A stretch of DNA of 63,475 nt, filler included, from Nemertoderma westbladi (GCA_032718475.1; 3 parts of 3 records of this genome joined end to end with filler, not necessarily neighbours in it); one strand, 5' to 3'. Shown: positions 37,634-51,343, counted from the first letter of the whole stretch. Numbers and translations: made by a program. The notes: generated by a model not told the origin, from the letters alone.

Positions 37634-38754
37634 TTAAATTTTTTTTTACAAAGTTTAAGTTGACTCGTTTTGAAACTGTTTCGAAAATTTCAACAAATTT
37701 GCTCCGATTTAAAGAGGGTTGGGAAAGAAGGTTAAACTCATGCATGCAATATGTAAAATAGACTGTAATGCCTGAACTGACCATAATTACATTGGGAAAC
37801 TTAAACGAAAACATGTAAAACGCCACAACGAACATTATTTATGGAGAGTGTTAGAGTTTTTACTGACAGTGTTGGTGGTGGGCTTAAAATTTGAATGTAA
37901 ATAATGGTAATTGGTAAATAAAATGTATCGATTTACAGTTTTAAGCGGTCTTATATAATGGCTATTATAAACGTTGTGGAATAACAGAACACTGTATCGA
38001 CAATGGCCACTTATTCGACGAATATAACGTGTCAGTTCTAGACTCGCACATATAGATCCAACAGATTTAGCAACTCACGAAACTATTCAAATACGAACTA
38101 ATTTATATACATATATTTTTATAATAATTTATTTTACCAGGAATAAAACGACATTAAAAATTATACTTTCTTTGATGAGTGACACTTATATACTAATATG
38201 AACTTACATTACTATTTTTCCACATTCACTGTTTAACTGTATATTCGTAACTTTTGAAAAAGACACTTACTCTGCTATAAACAGTACAATAATTCCACAC
38301 TTATTGTAACATGAGAAAACCTACCAAATCCAATGATACATTTCTCTGTTTGTGGGAAAGTATGTTTGTTTGTGGTGGTGGGAATATTCTGTATCACTAC
38401 CGGTATAAATACTATAGAGTAAAGTTGTCTTTGCCTGACCCCGTAAGAGATCAGAAATATTGCCATACAGTTGTAAATAGATAATGTGGCTGTAAATAAA
38501 ATAGTCTTATTCCAAACAGTATGAGTCAAAAATCAGCTCCCTACTGCACGATAATTTAACTCGCAGAAATAAGCTGTTTCCTTATTAAAAATTGTATTAG
38601 TTCAACTCAGAGCAGAGGACCCCATGTAACCGGAATTTTCAATTTTACATTTAAATTTTTACGTAAGCGTTTTATAAAAGTGTCTTTTGCGAAATTGTTG
38701 CCTTCGTTTCGTTGCCATTTTTCCCATCAATAGTGATTTATTTTTTATATATTT

Positions 38755-39125
38755 GAAAGCTTGCATTGTGAGGATTCCAAATATGTATTAATGTCTAAAT
38801 TTCGTTGATAAACAGATGAGATATGGGCGTTCTAAGATTGCAAGAAGTATCTTTCATTATAATATACCAGTTATTTATGTATGTGTAGCTATGCATACAT
38901 AAATATAATAATATATAATAAATAGGATAAATAAATGGATTTTTATCATAAAAATGATAAAAACAATATCACGTTCTAGAATGTTATGTTTATATTAATT
39001 ATAATAAATGACTTCCAGCGAATGATAATTTATCACAATCTTTGAACGCCAGTATTATATCTCAGCTGTTTCTCAACGAAACTCAAAATATATTTATATT
39101 TGGAATCCTTACAACTCAAGCTTTC
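38755..39125. mobile_element. Palindromic core of a MITE-like element
   Basis: GAAAGCTTG..TGAGGATTCCAAATAT..TTTCGTTGATAAACAGATGAGATAT is mirrored at ~39035-39125; true ends not identified. Confidence 0.55.
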
Positions 39126-39489
39126 TAATAATATGTCGTTGTGGCCAATATGAGGAATGGCCGTAATGCAATGAGGGCGATATCGCAAACGTTAAACGTC
39201 TATAAATTCAAAAAAGAAAATTCTACGTAGCTTAAAATACTCTTATCTTATACTTCTTATCTAAAATGACACTTTATTACGGGCAAGGTGTAATATACTA
39301 TTATAATAAGCCTTTGTTGTATGCCTAAGTAATGGGACTGTGTGGCAGACTTAAAAATGAAAAATGAAAGTTTTTATTATACATTACCGGTTGTATTCTC
39401 TGTACAGTTACTTTACTGTATTGCAGTACCGGTACGCCTATTAGCACCATTATAGTTTGGTTATTTAAGTAGAACTACCAGTTGGTTAA

Positions 39490-41043
39490 CCCTATTAGTA
39501 CCGGGCTGTAAAATGCTGTACAAATACCGGGGGGGGGGGGGGTCATATTGACCCCTCCCTCTAAAATCTACAAATATTAACGAAAACGTCTGATTTTTTG
39601 TTTGTACGTAGGTATCACTAGTCTGGATCCGACTGAAAAAAAAAATTTTCAAAAAAATGTACTGGAGTGGTAATATTGCAGCACCAAAATTACAAGTAGT
39701 GCACAATTTTCACAAAATTTGAAAGTTACATTTTTCGGCTAATTGTTTTTCAATACAGGTTTTCTGGGGCGCAAAATACATTGGAAAATATTTAAAAATG
39801 ATATGATTACCATAAATGGCTGTTTAGTGCTCTATGCGTAGGAAAAAAATGAAAAAAACAAGTAACCAGCACTTTTCAGTTAGAACACAAAATTTTTAAT
39901 TCACTTATACGATGCTATAAATTCACATTTTTAGGTTTTCTAGGGCGCTGATTCTAATGGAATACATTTCAAATATGCCAGATCATTGCTACTTGTATTT
40001 TTCGGCGTAATTTAGCAAATTTTGGTGCTAGCACCAAATTTCGTACCCATCACCAAAAAGTACAAGTTTGCGATGTCCAGTGCTGTTTTTATTGTTTCCA
40101 TCGGATTCAGGACCCTCATAAACCCGTATAACGTAAGAAACAAGATGATACTATCTACTGATCAATTTACTAATTTTCCAAAATTTGGTGCAAAACAACA
40201 ATTTTCACCCACCGGCGAAAAATACAAGTTTGAAAACTCTTATGAAATTTTCACTGATTCCATTGAATTCAGAACCCTAACAAACCCGTATAACGCAAGA
40301 AACAAGATGACACAATCAATTGATATATTTGATGGTTTTCAAAATTTGGTGCTAGCACCACATTTTGCACCCACTTCCGAAAAATACAAGTTTGAGATGT
40401 CTAGTTCGATAATTATATATTCCATTGAATTCAGAACAGCCATAAACCTCTAAAATGCAAGAAATAAATTGTCACAAGCAATTTTATCTATTGAATGGAT
40501 TTTCAAAATTTCGTGCTAGCACCAAAATTTGCACACAGCACCGAAAAATACAAGTTTGATGCGCTTGGTGCAACTCGTATATTTTCATCGAAACCAGAAC
40601 CCCAAAAAACCCCAATTGCGTAAAAAACAAGTTTCAAACAATCAATTTACAAAATTGACATATTTCAAAATTTGGTGCTGGCACCAAAATTTGGCACCCG
40701 CCGAAAAAAACAAGTTTGTAATTTCTAAATCAATTTATATGAATTCCATCCAATTGCTAACACCAAAAAACCGGTGTAAATCAAAAATAGAGATGTTACA
40801 ATTAATATTTAATGAAATGTAATTTTCAAAAAACGTCTCAAAAAAAGTGCCAAAAGTAGGGTTAAAAAATGGTGCTATAACTCGAAAACTACCCAATATT
40901 TTTGAAAACGGTTTTCACTACTAGGAAGACAATAGATTTTTAGGAAAAGTCATAAAATTTCAGAATGCGTTTGTTTCAGAATTATAATAAAAAAACCACG
41001 GGAGGGGTCATATTGACCCCCCCCCCCCCCGGGTTTAATAGGG
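39490..41043. mobile_element. piggyBac-like non-autonomous element (family B, second copy)
   Basis: TTAA TSD; collinear with and highly similar to 11182-12757. Confidence 0.88.
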
Positions 41044-41047
41044 TTAA

Positions 41048-41803
41048 GGGGGGGGGGGGGGGGGGGGGGTACACCGTTTTGGTCCAAAATATGTCAAAAA
41101 ATTTTTTATGGTCTATTATAATGCACCATTGAATGGTGTTTTCAAATCTGAAAACCGCTATTTAATAGCTCTTTTAGTTTTCAAGTTATGTAAATTTCCA
41201 TTTAGTGATTCCTATTGAAATTACTATTACTATGTAAAATGAAAGGTCAATTATCTCCAAATATTTTTTTCATGAAATTGTCAACTTCAAAACCCTACTA
41301 CTTCTACAATTTTTGAGTAATTAGTCTGAAACTTCCTGTGGGTGTCTAGATAGTCACCCTGCATAAAAGTATCAGGCAACTTTTCGAAATTTTTGTTAAT
41401 AAAATTTAAAACTATTTATAAAAAACCTAAAAATTAGCATAAATTTGCAGCGCCACCTAGCGGTGCAGAATTATTTTCATAAATTTCGCCTGATAGTTAT
41501 GTTGCCCCATCTTTGATCTATCATATAAAAAAACTTTCATGTAATTTGGTTCAAAACTGTAAAAGCCTTAGGGTTTTAAGCGCAACCAAGTTTTTTTTAT
41601 TGTTAATTTTTATTGTTTTTATTGTTATTATTAAGTAATATTAAATAGCGGAAAATTTTTTTTTTCTAACCTGTCATGTAGAATAGCATCTTAGGCACTT
41701 ATATGCCAAATTTTAGCCAAAACCAAACAATTTTGAAACGCTGAGAGTGATAAATCGAAGAGTTGTCCGAAAATGGTGTACCCCCCCCCCCCCCCCCCCC
41801 CCC
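41048..41803. mobile_element. Kolobok-like MITE
   Basis: TTAA-(G)nTACACC...GGTGTA(C)n-TTAA; reverse complement of the host element at 35997-37633. Confidence 0.78.
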
Positions 41804-41807
41804 TTAA

Positions 41808-42744
41808 AGCTTCTCGCAACTTTCTCGGCCCTCTCTCTGTTCTCTTTCTCTCTAACCAGTTCTTTCTCCTTCTCCAGCAATGCACTCCCTTCCTCTAGCT
41901 GTCTCTCTAATTCTCTCTGGTCTAGCGCCGTCAGATCGAGTTGGCACGCCAGATCTATTTCTCGCACCCGTCTTTCTTTTGCGGAGGATGTAGCAGACTT
42001 ATCGGTTACGATGGACTCCCTCCGCCTTCCCGTCCTACTAACTTTCCCCCGCCTCCCAGAATTTTCTCCGACCGACGAGACCGAATCCTTGGTGTTAACC
42101 TCGGATTTGCCCTCCTGCGGTCCTCTCCAACCCACTAATTTGACCCCCCGGGCATCGACTAAGTATGGCCCTATGTACACTACACTAGGCTCCATACTCC
42201 TACATTCCCATAGTTCAAACAGTTCGCTGGGAACCCCTCTCGCTCTCACATCGGATAGTTCTCCCTGCCCAAAGCGCACTAAGTAATCAAAATGTTTGTT
42301 CGACTCACCTAGCCGCTTCTCTAACTTCACCTGGTCTATCTTGGCCCCTGCTTTGGCTACTCTCAGAATCTTTCGGGACACGTTGTAGGCACGTCGGAGC
42401 CGGTCGCTAACCCCGACGTCCTCGTCGCCGACATCCCCTCTATCCCTCCGTGTCTGGCGTCGTACCGGCGGCCCCACCGTCGCCGTTCCAGTGGGCCGTC
42501 CGTCGCCCTCAGCCTGTGGCTGGCCAGCGACATCGGCACGTCGACTGCCGTTGTGTATCGACTCGTCCCTCTCTTCTCCCGACTCATCCTCTCGTTGTAG
42601 ACGGCCCCCATCTGTTTGGATTCCCGGATCGTCGATGGTCGACGGATCCGGGGTCGTGGGTCGGTACCGTCGCGTCGCAGCCTCACGGATCGTTAGGTTG
42701 CCATCTGGGGTCCACGGCGATGTCGTCTCTCCTTCTCGACTCAT
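41808..42744 (-). pseudogene. Putative gag N-terminal region of an LTR retrotransposon
   Basis: GC-rich open frame with a charged coiled-coil, starting just downstream of a candidate LTR and PBS; truncated by the MITE. Confidence 0.5.
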
Positions 42745-42823
42745 CCTTGGCAGTCGCAGTCTCGATAGTAGGCCCTGGGTAACTTTGTAACTGTGACGGG
42801 ATAGCAGGATCGCGACCAGTTTT

Positions 42824-43229
42824 TGGGTTTATATATGCGTCCCCACTGTGTCCCCACAGTTCTTTCGTTGTTCCGATTAATGTGATAGATATAAAATATA
42901 TTGTATACAATGGACGAATAGATAGCACAATTGAAGTACAGAATGATTCCAGTTACTGTGATGATGACAGCGGTGACGGTTACAAAGTGTAACTGCAGTG
43001 CCCTAGCTGACTGAACTACTAAGTAAACTGAACTGAATGAAATGACACCAAACTGCTATCACTCTCTCCCTCCTGGAGGTGTAACCTCTGACCCCCGCTG
43101 TGTGTCCCTTTGGGGTTTTTCGCCCCGCTTATTGGGGTGATACAAGGTTGATTGGTAATCAAACTTGTACTCCCAATATTGCTTAAAGCCAACTTTGTGG
43201 GGTGATTAGTGAAATTGAATTCGCTAACA
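42824..43229 (-). mobile_element. Candidate ~406-bp LTR
   Basis: Minus strand TGTTAG...AACCCA, preceded by a PPT (GGGGGGGAG) and followed by AAAAC-TGGTCGCGATCC (PBS-like). Confidence 0.55.
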
Positions 43230-43664
43230 CTCCCCCCCATGCTATCTTCCCGGTGAGAAGATAGCATCCACCTATAGTGCGCTACAATTCCGCTGGATCC
43301 CGATCTACCATTGGGTGTGGGGTGGAGCTATTTTTTCGGAGCCGGCTTTCCAGGCCGCTCCCTATGGGTATGATATCGCTACCCCGTCTTGGTACAACTC
43401 TACCTATCTTGTACCAAGACATCTGGCGTCCCGTGCCGGGCCAATCGTGCGCTTCTCTCACATGACTTTTGTTTCCCCAACACTTTCAACACTCCAAATC
43501 CGCTCTATCCCTTACTCCAACTTCTCAACCACTCCAACTCTTACTCCTCCCCCCCCCCACACTCGAATTGCACTCCTCTCACTGTCCCTCATCCTGTCAA
43601 AAAATTTCCTCTCCATTCTCCCCCCAATTCCCATTCTCGCTTTCGTCCCTTGGAGACACTAGCG

Positions 43665-45820
43665 ATATGGGAATAGGTATAGTAGCCTACCTGAGGGTTG
43701 AAATTCCGGATGGAATTAAAGTTGCCTTGGTTACCTCTAAGGCTTTGATAAACAACAAGCTACGAGTTCCTCGACCCGAGTTAAAGGCGGCTCTATACGC
43801 TACAGCCATCGGCCGGAATGTAACAGAACAGATCAACTATCCACTGGAGAAAACTGTCTATTGGACTGATGCTTTACTCGTTTTGGAGTATTTAACCAAT
43901 GAAGTCTGTACCAACAGAGTAGCCATTATACTTAGTCGCACTAATGTAGATCAATGGAGACATTGCCCTGGGACAATTAATCCAGCCGACATCGCCTCCA
44001 GAGGAGCAACTCCACAAGAACTGATAGATACTCCAGACTGGTTAGGTGGACCCGACTTCCTAAGTAAAGAAGAGGATGAATGGCCTCCTCATCTCACCAC
44101 GGCTGAGATTAGACAAGCCAAGGGAGCGGAGAAAGTCATACCCAAAACCCGGACGAGTAAATCAAAGTTATTTAAACCCGTGATAGATCTGTCTGTGCTA
44201 CACATTTCCGGGGACGATGCTGTGGATCTAAACTCCCCCGCCACAAATAAATCTGTTGTGGAAATTAGAGGAAACTGGACATGGACAGAGACTGGAAATC
44301 TGGAACACCAGACGTCTTGCAGGGACTGTCACCTCTCCTGCAGAGAGTGATAAATCACTATAGCTCCTGGAATCGGCTTTGTAAGGCCGTCGTGTATTTG
44401 AAGCGATGCTTCCATCATCACTACTCCAGGACAAAGATTGCTAGTGATACTGCTCCACTGACATCCGCGCAGGTCCATGCTATTAAAGATCTTCCCAAAT
44501 ATAAAGTATCAGATAGGTTTCTGACGGAAAAGATCAGTTATAAAGAGCATGAAGAAACCAATAAGCAGATACTGAGACTCCTGCAATGCTATGAAGATTC
44601 CGATAAATATTTCCCGTTGTTAAGAAATCCACAGACGCGCTTAAGGGATCGTTTCTCTAGCACAATGATAGATGGGTTAATATGTGTTGGAGGGAGATTA
44701 ATCAATGCTCGATTATCCTTTGACACTAAGTTTCCCATACTCATTAGAAATCTTGAAATACAAATCAAGATGATTGTAGATGTTCACAGTAGGCTTTGCC
44801 ATGCTGGTAGAGAACGAGTTCTTAGCAAAATTCGAACTCGCTATTATTTCCATAAACCCCGAAGAGCTCTGAACCAAGTTCTTAGGAACTGTATACCCTG
44901 TAGGAAAGCATTCAGTAGGCCTTTAACACAGCGAGAGGCAGAATTACCTAGGGAATGAGTAAGCTTCTATGAACCACCCTTTACTAATACTGGTGTGGAT
45001 TTATTTGGCCCTATTGAAGTATATCGTGCTAGGACTATAGTCAAACGATGGTGTGTCATCTTTGTATGTATGACTTGTAGAGCGATCCATCTAGATATGG
45101 TGAATGATCTATCTACCAACAGCTTCATACTGAGTTTACGCCGACAGATTGCTCGCTTTGGAACTAGCATCACGATGAGATCTGATAAGGGAACGAACTT
45201 CATTGGTGCCAATAATGAGATCAAGGCTTATGTTAAAGATTGGAACCAAAGACAGGTGGACGATCAGCTAAGGGTAACAGCATCTAGCTAGACCTTCAAC
45301 GCCGCCGAAGCCCCTTGGTGGGGAGGAAGTTGGGAGAGATTAATAAGGAGCGTGAAGACCGCATTTCACTTTAGAGTGCCGTGCCGCGCGTATCTCACCA
45401 ACGAACTTTTGCGGACGTTAATGGAAGAAATTGCCGCCTATCTTAACGAGAGACCGCTTATGCCAGTCTCATCGAGTCCCGACTCCCTAGAAGCACTAAC
45501 CTCCGCGCATTTCCTTCTGAAGAAGCCTGTAGCCATGCTCCAGCAATCGGAAATCATGGACGGAGACGAATACTGCCAACAAACTTGGCAACTTATACAG
45601 TTATTATCCCATCGTTTCGCTGACCATTTCGAAAAACATTATCTGCCTACGCTACAACTTCGAACCAAGTGGTTTGCGCAGCAAGAAAACGTCAGCGCCA
45701 GAGACATGGTCCTTATTGTGGAATCAGATTTTCCACGTAAGCGGTGGCAGACAGGTCGTATCATCGAGACTCATATATCCGATGATGGTTTAGTGCGATC
45801 CGTAGAACTCGTCGTCATGC
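43665..45820 (+). mobile_element. BEL/Pao pol remnant (RNase H/peptidase-A17 region, integrase, C-terminal domain)
   Basis: VPRPELKAA, WTDA, WRHCPGTINPADIASRG, WLGGPDFL, HAGRE..CIPC, PPFTNTGVDLFGP, SDKGTNF, APWWGGSWERLIRSVK, WQTGRI; several stops and frameshifts. Confidence 0.92.
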
Positions 45821-46869
45821 GACGTAACTTTAATTTTATTTAGTAGAATGTTATTTTAGCGATTATTTAGTAGATTAGTGCAATATATACTCGTGTTTAT
45901 TACTTAATTACTCAACATTTTATATTTAGTGCAACGGCAAGAAATAATTATTTTTTCTCTTTCCTTACTGTCCATATCATATTATAAATACGTGACTACA
46001 GTAAGATGAAATGTCCGTACTTATTAAAGTACAATAAAGCTCCTACTATACTCAAGTATTATTGGTAAGTAGAGTATTAGGAATGCAAAGTTCAGATCCT
46101 CGTGTCTTGGCTAAACCAAGCTCTGGGTAGACCTTGGAAACGACTTGCCTCTTCTCACTGACATTGCTCCTTGCAATATTGCTCTCATACCGTATATTAA
46201 ATAATACAATAGCGTGATGTCCCTTTAACAGTAGCGTAAAACGCAAAATAAATCTGTTAAACCCTTTGACCATCTGCAATTCTAGTCGATTAAGATATCG
46301 CGGTACCCACCGATATACTTGAAAGACAAAATTTTAGAATCAGTGGTTAACGTCACCAGACAAGTTCTGGAATAATTCGGTGCCCATCTTAAATATTAAT
46401 TATTTAATATTTACAAAAATCTATTAAACAAATGTTACAATAGAGTAACTTTAATAAATTAACTCTAGAAAATCTATCAATCAAAATCTGTTAAAATTCA
46501 GATCCTTTAAAATTCTAGTCGATATCGTAGCACTTACCAATACTCTTAAAAGGACAAATTTCCTAGCATTAAGGATCCTAGTACCCAGACATGCTCTGGA
46601 ATAAAATTGTGTCTATTTTAATATTAAATAATAAAATTTACGGGAATAAATTTAAATTCATATCCTCTCATGAATTTGATAAATTGTCATTTTATACAAT
46701 TTATAACATTCCCAAAATTCCATCAATTAATAGATCATGGGAGCGGAGATTCACCCTATTAAATATATTAGTGTGAGAGAATCTCTAATATATAATCAAT
46801 AGCCGATAAAATTTATAAAATCATGTATAAAGGGGAATATTGACAATTAAAGAATTACTATTAAATAGC

Positions 46870-49800
46870 ATCCCAGACCCTGAAGAAAAAAGCACAACAA
46901 TCAGAAATATCCTACCAACTTCATGTTAAAGAAATAGCCAACTCAATAAAAGATCCAAAAAAATTCTGAGGATTAGTAAAACCACATAAACAAAAACAAC
47001 AGCTATCTGACACCAATGCGGACAAACTACATAAAGACTACATTACAAATTTCAAATTAGATGTACAAGATGAACATTGCAATGATACCGTCACTCTCCC
47101 TGCTGATACACCTTACCCAACAGTTGTTACAGAATCACATATCAATCACAATATAACACTTCTAAATCGTGGTAAGGCAACTGACATACTCAACATGAAA
47201 GCAGAAAATCTTTACCATGGCTTATCTCACAATTTATGTACATTCATAGCTGACATGTTTAACTCCATCAACAAATCAGGAAACTGTCCCTTGATTCTAT
47301 CCCAAAGCCTCGTAATCGCGGTTCCTAAACCAATGAAAGGTAACAAAATTTTTGAAAACATGCGCTTTAGAGGCATCACCATACTCAATGTCATTGCCAA
47401 ATTATGGGAAACTACAATACTTAAGGAATTAGAATGCCTACAAACGAACGACCTACAACTTGGTTACAAAACTAAGGTAAACTCGGAGACAGCATACATA
47501 ACAACAGCTAACCTTATTAAAATATTCAATCAACAGCATTCCCAGGTGCACACAGTTTGTTTAGACCTCACTTCAGCCTTTGATAAAGTATCATATAACC
47601 AGCTCTTTTCAAAGCTATATTCATCAGATGTAAACCTGTAAAAGCTTTTGTGGGATATAACTGGCCTTTTCCCTTCGTAATCCAGTTTTCCCCCCATTCG
47701 CTCAAATCCTCTAAACTGTTTGCTTCTAGTGGCACAATCCGCCCGCTGGTTGGCTGATTTGCTGTACTTGTATGGCCTCTTTGTTCCATTCGATCAACCA
47801 ATCAGAACAATGGTCGACCAATCACAGCGATGTAGCCTGTGTTAACCAAGGGCTGCAAAACACCCTAATAGTTCGGCATTTAGACATTGGTGGAATCTGT
47901 AGAATCTGGAGTTTGCCAATGAGAGCTTTTCTTTCTGTGTTGAAAGCTGCATACAACAGCTCACATGATTCAGTACTGACGTTTTCCTAGCCTAGAACAT
48001 CGGCTATGGAATATTTCTGAATTATTCCAACATTAGAACGTCTTTAATTATAAGATCACACAACTGTTATCAATCTGATCCAGTGCATACCTGCAGTGCA
48101 TGTCAGTACTGCTTGCTGCAAACTCAAACTGCTTTTCACCGTGCTTCATAATGCGGTGGCATTATTTACTGCTATTTACTGTTTGTTATTAATTGTATCA
48201 GTTATTTGCATATTGTTATTTGGAGAATATCGATAAACGATCAGAAACCCCAATCTTCTTGATACACTAAGGTTAGAGAGACCGGTTACATATAGCAATT
48301 GCGACTTATGTTATCGTGGTTTGTAGTGAATTAAATGCTATTTAATAGGCCCTACAAATGTCGGTTGCTATTCTCCTTATATATGATTAAAATCAGTGAA
48401 TATCGGCAGATCAGTGTGCAGCAGTGTGTCATAGTCTGTATGTGCTTGACCGGACCGAGTAACAAAGCATTTCCTAAAGAATGCGCTTGTGTGAATTATA
48501 ATCCATTCCGTTGTGTTTAGTGTAAGCCATAGCTCTGTTTATATAGATAGAGCGCCACGTACTAAAGGAACTGCTAATATTTCCCGAAAGTGAATAATAT
48601 TTGTCAGAGATTATATATTAGTGATCAATCGAATAATACAGTAGGTCTACACCGCAATCAAATTAAAGCATCCGAATCCAGTCTCCCGGGTATATCCAGC
48701 GGGTGAATGGTCGCGCATATACTGGCTTCGGCTAATGTTGGATTTATTTGTCTCAAATACTTGTCATAGGCTAAAGTCGATTTATAACCTAGAAGACATA
48801 TAGATTTGGCGGGTTAAACTGCCAAAGGTCTCAAAAGCGCGAACAAAACCCAAGAATTGTTTCTGCAATAAAATCATACTACCTGAACTCTGTTGCATAC
48901 ATGCGTAATGGGACATATATATATCAGGAAGAAATATCACAAGAACAGGGCGTCCGCCAGGGAGGAGTGTGAAGTTCACTGCTATTTAACTTCTACATTG
49001 CTGAAATGGTTAATTCTCTAATTGAAAGCGGCCTGGGACTCCACCTCAATGGCTTATCATTCTGCATTATAACGTATGCTGATGACATTGTTCTCTTAGC
49101 TAATATAAAATCAGATTTAACAGATATGTTACAATTAGCCTCTGAATCTCTATCAAACTTGAACCTTTCAGTCAACATAAAAAAATCGAATTACTTAAAC
49201 ATTGATACTGATGGTACCACTATCATGGGAGACAAAGTATTTATAGGGGAACAACCGATTAAATCAGTACAATCTCGTAGTTATATGGGCTTACCCCTGC
49301 CATCAAACTCGAGAGCTTTGAAACACACAACATTGATACTGATGGTACCACTATCATGGGAGACAAAGTATTTATAGGGGAACAACCGATTAAATCAGTA
49401 CAATCTTGTAGTTATATGGGCTTACCCCTGCCATCAAACTCGAGAGCTTTGAAACACACGATTTTGAACAAGTTATGGATGAATGTCGCTATGATGAACA
49501 CTCAGGGTTTCGCTGTTGATAATATGAGCATCGATGTACTGACTACCATACGGCGATCCCTTAGTTTACCACCTAATCTGTATGGCTCATCATCACTAGA
49601 ATCAAAAGACATAATCGAAATTGCCACCTCAACAAGAAAAGCCATGCGTAGCCTACAGTACTACGGGTATCAAAGATGTCAAATGTCATCCTGAATAATT
49701 TGTTCCAAATACCAGATGTATCTGACATCATACGTGGAAACCAATGTCGCACTATTGTTTATTGTTTATTGTTTAAGAACAATTCCCACACAAAGCATGC

Positions 49801-49965
49801 ATCACAGTGGTAATATACTGAAAAATATAATAATGTATGTATATTATGTAAATACCGGTAGTGTAATTATTGTACTAAATATATTAATGCATACTCTGTG
49901 TAGATGGTGACTGGACGAGCAAGCCCATTTAGTCCACTCACCATTTACACTCAATAACAAAACAT
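46870..49965 (+). mobile_element. Degenerate LINE RT interrupted by a solo LTR
   Basis: FRGITIL, QLGY, LDLTSAFDKV, then QGG..SLLFNFYI, YADDIVL, VNIKKS; internal ~130-bp duplication (~49199-49459); 3' stem-loop GGTGACTGGAC...GTCCACTCACC. Confidence 0.85.
47637..48845 (+). mobile_element. Solo LTR (1209 bp)
   Basis: TG...CA with imperfect terminal IR TGTAAAAGCTTTTG / CAAAAGCGCGAACA; 5-bp TSD AAACC (47632-47636 / 48846-48850); splits a LINE RT frame. Confidence 0.85.
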
Positions 49966-49976
49966 ACAATTACTTA

Positions 49977-50375
49977 AAGGGTCTACCGTACTAACTTATT
50001 CTACACCATACCAAGAAGATGAAACATTGTGCGAAAAATATTATTTACGTTATTTTGGTACGGTTTATAATATCGTACAGTATTGAGTAAACGGATATGT
50101 TCAAATATATTATATTGCATGCAAACACTACTGTAAAAATCCTAAATACTACTGAAATTAGTTGCCGTATTATTGCAAAACATACAAATACTCAAATAGT
50201 TAAAGGGTCTAAAGTACTATTTATTAAACACCAAAACAAGCAGCTGATACATATTATGTGAAAAATATTACTTACAGTATGGTTTATAATGTTGTACAGT
50301 ATTGAGTATCCGGATATGTTCCAATATAGTCTATTGCATGCAAGGACTACTGTGAACATACTAAATACTACTAAT
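49977..50375. repeat. Diverged tandem duplication (~226-bp unit)
   Basis: AAGGGTCTA..GTACTA...TACAGTATTGAGTA..CGGATATGTTC...ATTGCATGCAA...CTAAATACTACT occurs twice. Confidence 0.75.
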
Positions 50376-50449
50376 ATTAATTGAACAGTTCGAAATTACA
50401 ACATCATTAGAAAATAAAGAAAGTAAGACTAATAAATTAATTAATAGTA

Positions 50450-50950
50450 CAGTCTTATTGGCCATTTAGAAGCAAACCTTCCAAAGCACGCTTAAACACG
50501 GTAAGACTTTGAGATTGGCGCACTCTGTGCGGCAATTCTTACATGGGTACTTCAGAGTATTGTGTATGATATCAGCCATTTTAAAAAGTTTTAATTATTC
50601 ATAACAATATAAAGATCTGGAACTTCATACATTTCCTATTACAGCATGACATTGGATAACTATATATAATACATTCAATTGCGGCAGTAAAAAATTAATG
50701 TATCTGTTCTATTATCTACTTGGAGTGAACATTACTGGCCAGGTTAATGTTAAATTATACTCAACCTATAACATATCTTCATGGGAATCCAATATACCGA
50801 GTCTTACATCTCTTGCAGTTCATAAATACGCCACAAAGTCTTGTCTTAGTAAACTTAAAAGCACCTGCATCACCCTAACACCCCGAGAGAGTTATACTTA
50901 TACTTATTCAGGACTATTCTAGATATTTGAACATTGTTTGTCTTGTCTTA
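50450..50950 (-). mobile_element. Old CR1/L2-like LINE C-terminal remnant
   Basis: Minus-strand ELPHRVRQSQSLTVFKRAL resembles the WNxLPxxVxxSxSLxxFK motif; heavily decayed. Confidence 0.45.
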
Positions 50951-51114
50951 CCTTCTTATACCATACGCCACTTGTGATTCAGTTTTCAATGATTCTTATC
51001 TTTATGTGCAAGTGAAATCTTTAGTTTGTCGTCCGACCCTTTAACTAATTAAAGCCGCCGGGGCCTTATACCGGATTGAAATAATAATAATAATAATTGA
51101 ACATTGTATTAAAA

Positions 51115-51260
51115 CAATTAGCCGAAAATTGCAACTTTCAAATTTTATGAAAATTGTTCACTACTTGTAATTTTGGTGCTGCAAAATAACCACCCCAGTT
51201 ATTTTTTCAAAATTTTATTTTTCGATCGGATTCACACTAGTGAATTCTAAGTACAAAAAG
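51115..51260 (-). mobile_element. Fragment of the piggyBac-like family B
   Basis: Reverse complement resembles ~11295-11445. Confidence 0.65.
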
Positions 51261-51279
51261 TGATAGGGTGTTGTAGCAG

Positions 51280-51343
51280 CGCAATTTTGTCGACAGGCCG
51301 GAACAGCATTCTTAAAAATGCAGCTGCAATGCAGCATAACGAT
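51280..51343 (+). mobile_element. Very short RTE 3'-end fragment
   Basis: CAATTTTGTCGAC..ACAGCATTCTTAAAAATGCAGCTGCAATGCAGCAT shared with 17135-17195 and 37114-37170. Confidence 0.75.
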
